From positions 1 through 40,765 of the IMG/VR virus record IMGVR_UViG_3300012953_000067: a stretch of DNA of 40,765 nucleotides; one strand, given 5' to 3'. A program made the translations under genes and the position numbers. The notes below the pieces were generated by a model, which saw nothing but the letters and a program-made list of their open reading frames with translations, did no database searches and had not been told where the DNA came from. This DNA comes from a virus. Its lineage: Duplodnaviria; Caudoviricetes. Below, one piece after another: positions 21,601 to 29,868 of the stretch (position 1 is the stretch's first letter; every line of letters begins with the position of its first letter).

Positions 21601-23037
21601 GGTAAAGTAGGTCCTTCTGGTTCTGGAGTACGTGCTGTTGTTGGGGTAGTAACATTCACTGATAGAATAGTTCTTGAAGATGTTAATGAAGATATTAAAG
21701 CAGGTGTTGCAATAACACACTATAATTCTTCCTCAGTAGGAACAGTAATTGCTGGTGGTCAAATTAGTGCAGCATCTACAGATTCTGTTAGAGATGGTTT
21801 AACTATGCAATTAAACCATAGAAATCATGGTATGCATTCAAGTTCCAATAAGGTTAAGATTGAAGGTCTTGTAGGTGAAAAATCATCAGTTCAATTATCA
21901 AATAAGATTGATGATAATACTACTATCATTACAGTTAATGATGCATCATTATTAACAACATTTGAAGGTTCTGCAGTTGGTGCTGGTAACAGTGGTCATA
22001 TCTTAATTGGTAAAGAAATTATATCATATGAAGGTGCAAATACATCAACAGGAGAATTGACAAATATCAATAGATCTGTTGATAATACTCTAAGAACAGA
22101 TCATAGAGCAGATGATAGTGTTTATAAGTATGAGTTTAATGGTGTATCTCTAAGAAAGATTAATAAGACACATAACATATCATCAAAAGCAAAAACATTT
22201 GATACTTACCATATAGAATTATCAGATACTAATAAATTCTTTGAATCCACAAAGATTGGTGGAGGAGACAACTTAAAAATTTCTCAGAATGTTCCATTTG
22301 AAGGAATTAATCCAAAAATAAATTCAATTGCACCCACAGGTACTGATATTAAGGGTAGAATAAAAACTATCTCTGGAACAAGTATGAGTGGTACTGAAGC
22401 TTCATTTACTGATAAGGGATACGAATCTGTTGCTCTCAATAAACTTAATTTCTTAAGTGATCCAAGAATTGTTGCATCTGCAGTTAATGAATATGAATTA
22501 CTTAATAATGAGAAATCATTTGCTCTTGAATTAACATTATCTACCAATAATGAGAATGTTTCTCCTATGATTGATCTTAATAGGTCTAATATTATTGTAA
22601 TGAGTAATTTGGTTGATAGTAAGGTTTCTGATTATACTACAGATAGTAGACCTAGAATTCCTGGACAAGATCCAAATACAGGAATATATGAAACTAAAAA
22701 AATTGAATTAGAGTTCCCATCAAACTCAATTTATGTTCAATTTGATGGACATAGAGAACCAAGTGCAGATTTCCGTGTATTCTATAAACTTTATAGAAAT
22801 GATAGTCAAGATTTCCAACAACATTATATTCCATTCAATTCTGATGGATCTCCAGATAAAACTGTAGTTGCAAATAATAGACCGAATACTTATAGTGAGT
22901 ATAAGTTTACTGGAGAAAACCTTCCACAGTTTACTGCGTTTATGATTAAAGTTGTAATGACTTCTACAAACCAAGCACAAGCACCAAGATTTAAGAACTT
23001 TAGATCTATAGCATTAAGATCATTTGATATTCAGTAA
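15661..23037 (+). CDS. Large virion structural protein, VrlC-like / DUF4815 family (2458 aa)
   Basis: SPYFDDFD..KNY.KVLFKPG.PVQARELT.LQ.ILQNQ, APGADR, LARRTYEESGDY, RYTM.DIG.LE.RI.NLE.YT.LSLLE, FKSGFFVDNF, DPLAQSF, GSLFKSQN. Confidence 0.85.
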   Translation: MTQNTNLNISPYFDDFDANKNYNKVLFKPGFPVQARELTTLQTILQNQIEKFGQYFFKEGSIVIPGGTLYDNKYFAVRVESQFLNIPVNAYTKVLADNKIKIKGEITGVTATVVNRITEVESEDNFNTLYVKYTGSGSDGETREFQDGENLITLSDIPYANTKISANSTFAKCNDTEATKTGCSASITEGIYFIRGYFVKVPTETIVLDQYSNSPSYKIGLAITEKIISASATNSDLYDNAQGFSNEAAPGADRFSLDVKLTKKLLDDPDDKNFIELIRVNDGVLEAFSDSLPEFNLFADALARRTYEESGDYYVRPFSIDVRESLNDRISNRGLYLENQTTQNGNTPSDDIFCLQMSPGRAYVRGHRVNKDFTSAIDSVKPRTTNLKEDVSVPVRTGNIVSVNNLFGAPKIGFTSSTQYAIDLLDRRLASTGLKETAAETIGKARVYDWMEKDITTLGFTTTKYEARLYDIQLYTKINVGFALTTTANDHVEGKHSGAIGFVVSSTSNSRDLSLQDVRGQFHINEPLLLNGVDIGRNVGVSTDHSFEDVKAVQNSVGINTFAADLDLDRKKQVFSEGVEFVISGGNSLASGSIADFRGQLHIGDIISYGTSGQTVPTFNRVTQVTQNTVSLASVADVSGVCDGSVNNETRSGLSVVIPTLNDADKVGFRVPLADRYVSSMNVLDSSYVLRRQLDATANGSGVVVFNLADTNDDNLFFEPYTSDDFILNRASDGATANGDRVNVQKVQVTEDAGLRTLTISGLSASKGYTLTATLKRSKLYSKAKKIVRCSDLIVRKSKYDGAGIGVSFTFNDGLNVDASGSVITAGNRKGYGTRVQDREISLNYPDIHRVLAVFESNDTTDPTLPSLTVNIASQSDVFTGNNVTIGEQIIGNSSGALARVVRVVSSNQLEYVYENEKRFEVQELITLKSSSIIGNISILVTGDRNILSDFNVDKGHRAEFVDYGRLVRKKDSPEPTRRIRIIFDYYSTDESVGSIETVGSYDTLNYTTEIPFVIDNRASDFIDLRPRVSSPYSGNASPFTFANRDFTGSKTETLVSNKSFIIDYSHYLGRIDRLYLTKDGIFELKKGEPAIKPKAPTRNDEGFEVALITMEPYLLNAGRNVGVKMIPHKRYTMSDIGGLEHRIKNLENYTTLSLLETDTKNLSIKDPNTGLDKFKSGFFVDNFRNHASHNLTGESQFDIDLKTGECRPRTTERNVALVFETKSSKLAPKSTDYRFVTDFDNADIVRKGAGLTLKYDEVEFINQPLATRVENLNPFAVVVYSGTLELTPASDFWIDEIVGPAETINMGDGVFNAIAEIMGVEDRENGGMSTGVFNSTETTWGEAELISEEIVDSTIVSQGEEETVRLRGNGIRDITTRTDIVANDFLQTFSASGIEKTFGAELTVGTENVSLGPKVTGTEILYNCRSRNIEVVGTRLKPNTRYYVFMENVDVTDYCVPKLIPVTMVRGSFEAGDTITNVGPQIQVLGVAGIDFRAAQVNHRFGPYNSPTETYALEPYTQSELTSAYSATSNVINVDTYDLADQRTIERSGWVTEGMRLANTDGTAECTVNAISLMSDDFGNLLFSLHIPDPSIASNPKFTTGLSTIRVTTSSTNAAILDPNEASAQTTYLASGYAQYSVEQTLSIKIPEVERMQIGTDQPVTRITTDLDVQVEEQRVTVDDTGWFDPLAQSFIVPRDKYADGMYITSGELYFKSKDDSNVTVQIRELDEGGRPSMTVVPFAETTITPGSTAISNDGSVGTGFTFSVPVYLRGDGRYALTIITPTIGWNTFITRMGEPDLLTDRLNDKQPSLGSLFKSQNNQLWTASQQEDLKFKLNKAKFVTGKSASVVLYNHDLALGRIRKENPIVAYSKQKTLSITQTTRKFDQGTKIEQTNSGVTSKGYVLKSGGPLDLMTAANSLTVVANTGTSLTDGTHTGVPFTTLSGIGAGALATVAVSSGVVSGITVTTAGNGYAQGDLLVSGKVGPSGSGVRAVVGVVTFTDRIVLEDVNEDIKAGVAITHYNSSSVGTVIAGGQISAASTDSVRDGLTMQLNHRNHGMHSSSNKVKIEGLVGEKSSVQLSNKIDDNTTIITVNDASLLTTFEGSAVGAGNSGHILIGKEIISYEGANTSTGELTNINRSVDNTLRTDHRADDSVYKYEFNGVSLRKINKTHNISSKAKTFDTYHIELSDTNKFFESTKIGGGDNLKISQNVPFEGINPKINSIAPTGTDIKGRIKTISGTSMSGTEASFTDKGYESVALNKLNFLSDPRIVASAVNEYELLNNEKSFALELTLSTNNENVSPMIDLNRSNIIVMSNLVDSKVSDYTTDSRPRIPGQDPNTGIYETKKIELEFPSNSIYVQFDGHREPSADFRVFYKLYRNDSQDFQQHYIPFNSDGSPDKTVVANNRPNTYSEYKFTGENLPQFTAFMIKVVMTSTNQAQAPRFKNFRSIALRSFDIQ

Positions 23038-23261
23038 TGGAAAGATATTTAAAGGTAGAATCTGATGTATCTCTTATAAGAGATATGGAATCAAACGCTA
23101 TTGTCAATACAAATACAAATGAATTCGATAAGTTCATGAAACTATCAGAAGCAAAGTATAAGCAAAAGAAAGAGTTTGAAACTCTAAAGTCAGATGTAAA
23201 TACAATGAAAAATGATTTAGATGAGATAAAATCTCTTCTAAAAAGTATTGTGCATAAATGA
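23037..23261 (+). CDS. Small hypothetical protein with C-terminal coiled coil
   Basis: LIRD..SNAIVN then heptad-like LKSDVNTMKNDLDEIKSLLKSI; TAATG-coupled to the VrlC-like gene. Confidence 0.75.
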   Translation: MERYLKVESDVSLIRDMESNAIVNTNTNEFDKFMKLSEAKYKQKKEFETLKSDVNTMKNDLDEIKSLLKSIVHK

Positions 23262-23263
23262 AT

Positions 23264-23271
23264 TATAAATA
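23264..23271 (+). promoter_or_regulatory. T4 late promoter TATAAATA
   Basis: Exact consensus, intergenic, upstream of ATG 23300. Confidence 0.85.
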
Positions 23272-23299
23272 TCTACGATAGATTCTATTTGACCTAATA

Positions 23300-23644
23300 A
23301 TGGCAGCATATGTTAGTAATATCGTAATTGACGTTGGTGCTGATTTTAATCAGACATTCAATCTTGAAACTAATGCTAATACAGCACTTGACTTAACTGG
23401 TTACACTGGTGCAGCTAGGATGAAGAAACACACATCTTCAACCAATATTACTGCAACTTTTGCTGTTTCTTTTCCCAATAGAGCAGCAGGACAAGTTAAG
23501 TTATCTCTAACCAATTCTACAACTAAGGTATTAAAACCTGGTAGGTATGGTTATGATGTCCTATTAAAGGATGGTTCTAATATGATTACTAGGGTCGTTG
23601 AAGGCAGTGCTCTTGTTACTGCTGGTATTACAACTACAATTTAA
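23300..23644 (+). CDS. Small structural protein, probable Ig-like/BppU-N-like adaptor
   Basis: NIVID.GADF...LDLTGY...A.M.K...GQV.LSL...T..LKPGRY.YDV...RVVEG...V motif pattern. Confidence 0.7.
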   Translation: MAAYVSNIVIDVGADFNQTFNLETNANTALDLTGYTGAARMKKHTSSTNITATFAVSFPNRAAGQVKLSLTNSTTKVLKPGRYGYDVLLKDGSNMITRVVEGSALVTAGITTTI

Positions 23645-23649
23645 AATCT

Positions 23650-23877
23650 ATGGCAGATATTAAAGTAAGGGTTGGTTCTCAAAATGCGGTTAAGGTTTTA
23701 TCATCATTTTCTGGTGGTGGAGGAACTTTAGGTGGTTTAAGTGACGTTGATATTTCAGCTGGATTAGAGAATGGAATGGTTTTGGTATACAATTCTTCGA
23801 CATCAAAATGGGTAGCAACTTTAGAACTTACCCCAGGAGCAACACAAAACTTGGACATTAACGGAGGTAACTGGTAG
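23650..23877 (+). CDS. Small fibre-associated protein (75 aa)
   Basis: LGGLSDVD...GMVLVYN....KW repeat unit typical of phage fibres; ends DINGGNW. Confidence 0.7.
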   Translation: MADIKVRVGSQNAVKVLSSFSGGGGTLGGLSDVDISAGLENGMVLVYNSSTSKWVATLELTPGATQNLDINGGNW

Positions 23878-23879
23878 TC

Positions 23880-25295
23880 ATGGCAAGTAAGATAAGAATT
23901 AAAAGATCGAGTAGTGCAACTGCACCAGGTAGTGGTAATCTGCTATATGGTGAACTTGCTGCTTCTTTTGGTGCTGGTACTCAAGCAAATAACGGTGAAA
24001 GGTTATTTATTGGTAATGACAGTAATAACCCAGTAATAATTGGTGGTGAATACTACACAGACCTATTAGCAAATTCTCCTGGTGTTGTTGCTGCTGGTGC
24101 TAATGCTTCCGTTGTAACTAATGGATTCGTTCCCATCTTAGATAGAAGTGCTAATGGTAATCCAGGTGGAGGAGGACTTGTTAATAACCTTCCACGAGTT
24201 GACCAATGGAGTGTAGATAATATAACAATAGATGCCAATACTATTTCATCTAATAGTACTGCTGGTGGATCTGCAGAAGATATTATATTCAGAACAAATG
24301 GATCTGGACATGTTATTAATCCAGACAATCAAAGATTAGCATTTGGTGATGGTAAAGACGGAACAGTGCATTATGATTCTGTTGCTAATAAAATAATGGT
24401 CAATGGTGTACCTTGGCAGTGGAATTCTGGAATAGGTATAACAGGTGGAATGACAATTGATAACGTTGCTATTTCTACTAATACAGTAGCAACCAATAGT
24501 GGTAGTGTTCTTTATATTGACCCATATCCCGATGGATTAAGTAGTGATGGTTTGGTTGTTGTTAAAGGTAGTTTACAAGTAGATGGTACAACAACTACTG
24601 TTAACTCTACTGCATCAACTCTAAATGATCCTGTAATTCATCTTGGAGATATCACCAGTAAGTTGGTTGTGATGGCATCAGTTGCAAGTGGTGTTTCTAC
24701 TATTAGTGTTGATAGAATTGTTGGTATCAACACAGGAGATATTTTAAATTTACCTGGACTTCCTGGTGCTGGTTCTACTGCTGTTACTTCTTATTCAGGA
24801 ACAGCTAATGCAGAAGGCAATTATGTTATTACCTTTAGTGGAACAACTACTGCTGCAATTTCTACCAGTACTTCAACAAATGGTATTGGTGTAACGGTCA
24901 CTCATGCTTATGATACCAATACTGACCGTGGTATATCATTCAGTTACAATACATCAAGTGGAACTGGTAATAACAAAACTGGTTTCTTCGGTTATAATGA
25001 TAGTGCAGGAGAAAATAGTAATGCTCCTGTAAGATCTTGGACTTACATCCCAGAAGCTACTGTTGTTGGTAACGTTGCAACTGGTACTAGAGGTATGCTA
25101 GACATTGCAGGACTATATTATCAGTCTGGTGGTTATGTTGCCGATAACAACGATGTAACATACTTTGATAATCAAGGTAAGTTAGTTGGTGTTGGTGGTA
25201 CTACTGCTGGTATAACTACTTCTAATTATGTACTAACTACAAATGCTTCTGGCGTACCAAAATGGACAACGACCCTAGACGGAGGAACTTATTGA
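23880..25295 (+). CDS. Fibre/whisker-like structural protein (471 aa)
   Basis: IRIKRS...P...L.YGELA...RLFIG head motif, V.GSLQVDGTTTTVNST, DRGI.F.Y...TGFFG, C-terminal LDGGTY; located where T4 has wac. Confidence 0.7.
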   Translation: MASKIRIKRSSSATAPGSGNLLYGELAASFGAGTQANNGERLFIGNDSNNPVIIGGEYYTDLLANSPGVVAAGANASVVTNGFVPILDRSANGNPGGGGLVNNLPRVDQWSVDNITIDANTISSNSTAGGSAEDIIFRTNGSGHVINPDNQRLAFGDGKDGTVHYDSVANKIMVNGVPWQWNSGIGITGGMTIDNVAISTNTVATNSGSVLYIDPYPDGLSSDGLVVVKGSLQVDGTTTTVNSTASTLNDPVIHLGDITSKLVVMASVASGVSTISVDRIVGINTGDILNLPGLPGAGSTAVTSYSGTANAEGNYVITFSGTTTAAISTSTSTNGIGVTVTHAYDTNTDRGISFSYNTSSGTGNNKTGFFGYNDSAGENSNAPVRSWTYIPEATVVGNVATGTRGMLDIAGLYYQSGGYVADNNDVTYFDNQGKLVGVGGTTAGITTSNYVLTTNASGVPKWTTTLDGGTY

Positions 25296-25299
25296 TATT

Positions 25300-25554
25300 A
25301 TGAATAATGATGTTGATGTGAATGTTTTGATTGGTTTATATAATCAAAAGTTGGCAACCATAATGAATCAGAATGTCTTATTGGAAGCGAAAATTACTAC
25401 GCTAAAAAAAGATTTTGAAACTGAAAAAACTAAATTACTGACTTTAAATCTTGAATTACAAAAACAAGTAGATGAATTAACGACTAAGAGTAAATCAAAG
25501 TCAAAAACATATTCTAAACCAGAAGATAAATATCAAGAGGGTATTGAAGATTAA
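25300..25554 (+). CDS. Small coiled-coil protein
   Basis: DVN.LI..YNQKL...NQNVLLEAKI..L heptads; TAATG-coupled to gp13. Confidence 0.72.
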   Translation: MNNDVDVNVLIGLYNQKLATIMNQNVLLEAKITTLKKDFETEKTKLLTLNLELQKQVDELTTKSKSKSKTYSKPEDKYQEGIED

Positions 25555-26372
25555 TGGCAAAACCAAATTCAAGACAAGGATTAATTGATTACTGTCTAAG
25601 GAGACTTGGATATCCTGTACTGGAAATTAATATAGATGATGATCAGATGGATGATCTAGTTGATGATGCTCTACAGTATTTTAATGAACGTCATTTTGAT
25701 GGTGTGGAAAGAGTGTTTTTGAAACATGAACTTTCAGCTGATGATATATCTAAAATGAAAGATAATCAAACTACTTCTACTGGAACATCCAGTACTGGTA
25801 TAACATCTGCTACTTGGAAAGAAAATAACAATTTTTTACCATTACCAGATCATATTATTGGAGTAGAAAAAGTTTTTAAGATGGATGCGAGTACGATATC
25901 CAGTGGTTTATTTAATATCAAATATCAAATATTTTTGAATGATCTTTATTATTATGGTGCATTGGATTTGATGAACTATGCAATGACAAAGACATATCTA
26001 GAAGATTTAAGTAGAATTATTACTCCAGATACACAAATTAGGTTCAATAAAAAGAGAAATAGACTTTATATGGATATTGATTGGTCTCAGGTTAGTGCTG
26101 ATACTTATATGATTCTTGATTGTTATAGGATATGTGATCCTTCGACTGGATGCGATGCTGTTTATAATGATCATTGGTTAAAGAGATATTTAACTGCTAC
26201 CTTTAAAAAACAATGGGGGCAGAATCTTATTAAGTTTAATGGTGTTCAATTGCCAGGTGGAATTACTCTTAATGGAAGAGAAACATATGAAGATGCAATA
26301 AAAGAACTAGAAATAATTGAAGATCAACTTAGGAAGGAGTACGAACTACCACCTATGGATCTTATAGGATAA
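25554..26372 (+). CDS. gp13: Neck protein gp13
   Basis: LIDYCLRRLG.PVLEIN.DDDQ.DDLVDDALQYF.E.HFDG; WLKRY.TA..K.QWGQNL.KF.GVQLPGG.TLNG. Confidence 0.93.
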   Translation: MAKPNSRQGLIDYCLRRLGYPVLEINIDDDQMDDLVDDALQYFNERHFDGVERVFLKHELSADDISKMKDNQTTSTGTSSTGITSATWKENNNFLPLPDHIIGVEKVFKMDASTISSGLFNIKYQIFLNDLYYYGALDLMNYAMTKTYLEDLSRIITPDTQIRFNKKRNRLYMDIDWSQVSADTYMILDCYRICDPSTGCDAVYNDHWLKRYLTATFKKQWGQNLIKFNGVQLPGGITLNGRETYEDAIKELEIIEDQLRKEYELPPMDLIG

Positions 26373-26376
26373 TGTC

Positions 26377-28374
26377 ATGCCACTCAATCCATATTTTCTA
26401 CAAGGTGCTGCAAACGAACAAAGATTAGTTCAGGACATTATTAATGAACAATTGAAAATGTTTGGGCAAGATGTTGTTTATCTGCCTAGAAAAATAGTTA
26501 ATAAATCAAATATTTTAAATGAAGTAACATCATCTAAATTTGATGATGCTTTTAGAATAGAAGCATATTTAATGAATTATGAAGGATTTGAAGGTTCTGG
26601 AGATATACTTACAAAATTTGGTGTACAAACAACTGATTCAGTAACCTTTGTAATTTCTAAGGAAAGGTACGAAGATTTTATTAGTCCATTTTTGAATGAT
26701 GAAGTAGAGTTAACAAGTAGACCACAAGAAGGAGATTTAATCTTTTTCCCTTTAGATAATACAATATTTGAAATTAAGTATGTTGAAGCTAAGAAACCAT
26801 TTTATCAATTACAAAAACTGTATGCTTATACATTAAGTTGTGAAGTATTTGATATGGCACTTGATGATCAAATAGAAACAAGTATCGAGTCGGTTGATAA
26901 AGCAGCAGTAGAATTTGGATACACTGTACAACTGGCAATGGTTGGTTTGGGTGCAACCACTGCAACTGCAACTGTTGAAAGAGCAACTGTGGGAAGTGGA
27001 TTAACAGTTGGAAATAGTGTCCAGTTTATTGATTTAATTAATGATGGAACTGGTTATACTGCTGCACCAACTATTGGTATTTCTACTGCACCTGTACTTG
27101 GTGTAAATGCAAGTGCTGTTGCTATAATGACTAGTCGTACTGGGCAAACTTCATCTGGATTATCTATTGATAGAATTTTACTAACTAATCCAGGTTTTGG
27201 TTATACACAAACACCAACACTTACTATAACTCCTACAAATTCATATGGAGTTGGGGCAGCTGCTACTATTGTTATTTCTGGAAGTGGATTGGGAGCATTT
27301 AATATTACCAATGCTGGTGCAGAATATGGAGTAGTACCGAATGTTACTGTTGAACCTGCAACAACTGGAGGAATTGCAACTGCTCATGTAGGTACAGCTG
27401 GTACTGATAGAAGTAGTGTTGGTATATTGACTGGACTTACTCTTACTGGTAGTGGTCTTGGGTATAAGAGCACTCCATCAGTTACAATTGCAGCACCACC
27501 TGTGAGAATTGGAGTAGTAACAAACTTTAGTCCATCCACACAAGGATCTGGATTCCAAGTTAATGATGAGGTATTAATTAGATATAGAGATGGTTATCAC
27601 CAAGGTATTGGTACTGATGCATATCTCAAGATTACTGGTATTAGTAGTACTGGTGCAATAACATCAAGTGAGATTAAATATGGTGGACATAGTTATGATA
27701 AAGATAAGTACTATCAAGTGGATCCACCAAATGGTGGAACTCCTGCAATAGATTACTTCTATAATGCTAATTTCCTTGGTCTTTCTACAAATACTCAAGA
27801 TACTGGAACTACAGCAACAGCAACTTGTAGTATCACTGCAGGACTTGTAACCTCAATAACATTAACTAATCCTGGTGTTGGATATACTTCTCCACCAACA
27901 GTTACTATTGCTAATGATTCATCTGTTAAGGATCCTATATCTGGAGTTGCAAATGCTACAGCAGAAGCAGTTTTAGGTGCTGATGGTACAGTTATTGCTA
28001 TAAGATGGAGTAATTCTGGTGCAGGATATGATACAGCACCATCAGTAACAATAGATCCACCTGCAACATCAGTCTCTGGTAATTATATGTTTAAAGAGGT
28101 TGTACGAGGTGTTGGGTCTGGTACTACTGCACTTGTTCAGAGTTGGGATGCAGATACAAGAATTCTTTTAGTCAATAATATTAGTGGAGATTTTATAGCA
28201 GGAGAAAGAGTTGTTGGTATTGGAACTACACTAAATGGATCTGATGCAACATACATAGTTAAATCAGTATCTGATCAAGATGATACTGATTTATATGGTG
28301 ACAATTCTCCATTCGAGACTGAAGGAGATTCAATTTTAGACTTCTCAGAAAATAACCCATTTGGCGAATTCTAA
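26377..28374 (+). CDS. gp14: Neck protein gp14 with large internal repeat insertion (665 aa)
   Basis: EQRLVQD.I.EQL...G.DV.YLPR, L.KFG, RP.EGDLI.FPL...FEIKYVE...PFYQL; conserved C-terminus LDFSE.NPFG. Confidence 0.9.
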   Translation: MPLNPYFLQGAANEQRLVQDIINEQLKMFGQDVVYLPRKIVNKSNILNEVTSSKFDDAFRIEAYLMNYEGFEGSGDILTKFGVQTTDSVTFVISKERYEDFISPFLNDEVELTSRPQEGDLIFFPLDNTIFEIKYVEAKKPFYQLQKLYAYTLSCEVFDMALDDQIETSIESVDKAAVEFGYTVQLAMVGLGATTATATVERATVGSGLTVGNSVQFIDLINDGTGYTAAPTIGISTAPVLGVNASAVAIMTSRTGQTSSGLSIDRILLTNPGFGYTQTPTLTITPTNSYGVGAAATIVISGSGLGAFNITNAGAEYGVVPNVTVEPATTGGIATAHVGTAGTDRSSVGILTGLTLTGSGLGYKSTPSVTIAAPPVRIGVVTNFSPSTQGSGFQVNDEVLIRYRDGYHQGIGTDAYLKITGISSTGAITSSEIKYGGHSYDKDKYYQVDPPNGGTPAIDYFYNANFLGLSTNTQDTGTTATATCSITAGLVTSITLTNPGVGYTSPPTVTIANDSSVKDPISGVANATAEAVLGADGTVIAIRWSNSGAGYDTAPSVTIDPPATSVSGNYMFKEVVRGVGSGTTALVQSWDADTRILLVNNISGDFIAGERVVGIGTTLNGSDATYIVKSVSDQDDTDLYGDNSPFETEGDSILDFSENNPFGEF

Positions 28375-28377
28375 ATA
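28370..28377 (+). promoter_or_regulatory. Late promoter variant TCTAAATA
   Basis: Overlaps the gp14 stop codon, 25 nt before the gp15 ATG. Confidence 0.7.
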
Positions 28378-28402
28378 GATAATATAAGTAAACCTCAATA
28401 TT

Positions 28403-29455
28403 ATGCTAGGAACGTATTATTACCACGAAATTATTAGGAAGACTATCATATCTTTTGGTACTCTTTTTAATACAATTGATATTAAACATAAGAAGCAAGA
28501 TGGTAGTGCATATAGTACTACAAGGGTTCCTATTGCTTACGGTCCAAGAGAGAAATTTTTAGCTAGATTAGAGCAAAAACCAGATTTAAGATCAAGAGTA
28601 TCAATAACACTACCAAGATTAGCATTTGAATTAACTAGTATTCAATATGATAATGAAAGAAAAGTTTCTACAATGCAAACCTTTAATACTCTTACTAGTG
28701 GTACTAAAAAAGCAAGAAGAGTTTATATGCCTGTTCCATACAACCTTGGATTTAGATTAAATGTAATGACTGAATTTAATGAGGATTCATTACAGATTAT
28801 TGAACAAATTCTTCCAGTATTTCAACCTTCATTTAATTTAACTATTGATTTAGTTGAAGCAATTGGTGAAAAAAGAGATGTTCCAATGGTCTTGGAAAAT
28901 GTGACTTTTGATGATAATTATGAAAGTGGTATGGAGGAAAAGAGAGTTATAACACATACATTAGAATTTATTGCAAAGACTTATCTATTCGGTAATGTTC
29001 CTAGTGCTGGTACAGGTCTCATTAAGAAGGTTCAAATTGATAAGTATACTGATACTGCAAATACTAAGACTGCATCTAGAGAACTTAGATATGTTGCTGA
29101 ACCTAGAGCACTTCAAGATTATAATAATGATGCTACTACAAATTTAACAGAAGATATTACATCAACTAAGACACAATTTAATGTTGCTGATGCAAATAAT
29201 CTTTCAGTTAATGGTTATATAGATATCGGTAATGAATTGATGATGATTAAATCTATTACTGGTAATACATTAGTAGTTAAGAGGGGATCTGATGGTACTA
29301 CTAAAGAATCACATATCAATGGAGATGTTGTTAATATTGTAAATACTGCAGATGATGTCCTTGTTGAACTTGGTGATGATTTTGGATTTAGTGAACAACG
29401 TTATGATTTTAGTGATGGTAGAGTTTGGAGTCCCACAAAAGGAGCTGACGTATGA
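28403..29455 (+). CDS. gp15: Tail sheath stabiliser/completion protein gp15
   Basis: YYYHEIIRKT...FGTLFN, VPIAYGP..KFLARL, TLPR..FE, PVPYNL.F.L, LQIIEQILP.FQP, RD.P.VL. Confidence 0.93.
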   Translation: MLGTYYYHEIIRKTIISFGTLFNTIDIKHKKQDGSAYSTTRVPIAYGPREKFLARLEQKPDLRSRVSITLPRLAFELTSIQYDNERKVSTMQTFNTLTSGTKKARRVYMPVPYNLGFRLNVMTEFNEDSLQIIEQILPVFQPSFNLTIDLVEAIGEKRDVPMVLENVTFDDNYESGMEEKRVITHTLEFIAKTYLFGNVPSAGTGLIKKVQIDKYTDTANTKTASRELRYVAEPRALQDYNNDATTNLTEDITSTKTQFNVADANNLSVNGYIDIGNELMMIKSITGNTLVVKRGSDGTTKESHINGDVVNIVNTADDVLVELGDDFGFSEQRYDFSDGRVWSPTKGADV

Positions 29456-29868
29456 GTAAATTTGATGCTATAAACAATTCCTTAGACATTCAAGTTGTTA
29501 AAGAGGCTGAAGATACTCTGAAAAGAGGAAAGGATCAACTAAAAAAACTTGAGAAAGGTAAAGATAATAGTGCTTTAGATTATGAGTACACACGAGGCAA
29601 TCTTTATTCTTTGATTGAGAAAGGTCAGGAAGCACTTGATCGTATTATGGAAGTTGCCGAAGATGGTCAACAACCAAGAGCATTTGAAGTTGTTAGTCAA
29701 TTAATTAAGAATGTTGCTGATACAACTGATAAGTTAATTGATTTACAGTTAAAGATGAAAGATTTAAATCAGGAACAAGCAAAAGGACCATCTACTGTTA
29801 ATAATGCACTATTTGTTGGTTCTACTGCAGAATTGCAAAAACTACTAAAGAAGGGGATGGATAAATGA
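29452..29868 (+). CDS. gp16: Terminase small subunit gp16
   Basis: DYEYTRGNLYSLIEKGQEA, PRAFEV..QLIKNVAD..DKL.DLQ, NNALFVGSTAELQKLLK; ATGA overlap with gp15. Confidence 0.9.
   Translation: MSKFDAINNSLDIQVVKEAEDTLKRGKDQLKKLEKGKDNSALDYEYTRGNLYSLIEKGQEALDRIMEVAEDGQQPRAFEVVSQLIKNVADTTDKLIDLQLKMKDLNQEQAKGPSTVNNALFVGSTAELQKLLKKGMDK

Noticed and set aside
23300-25554. Readthrough or frameshift fusion of the 114-, 75- and 471-aa ORFs
   Set aside because: They are in three different frames, each has its own ATG, and no slippery site is evident.
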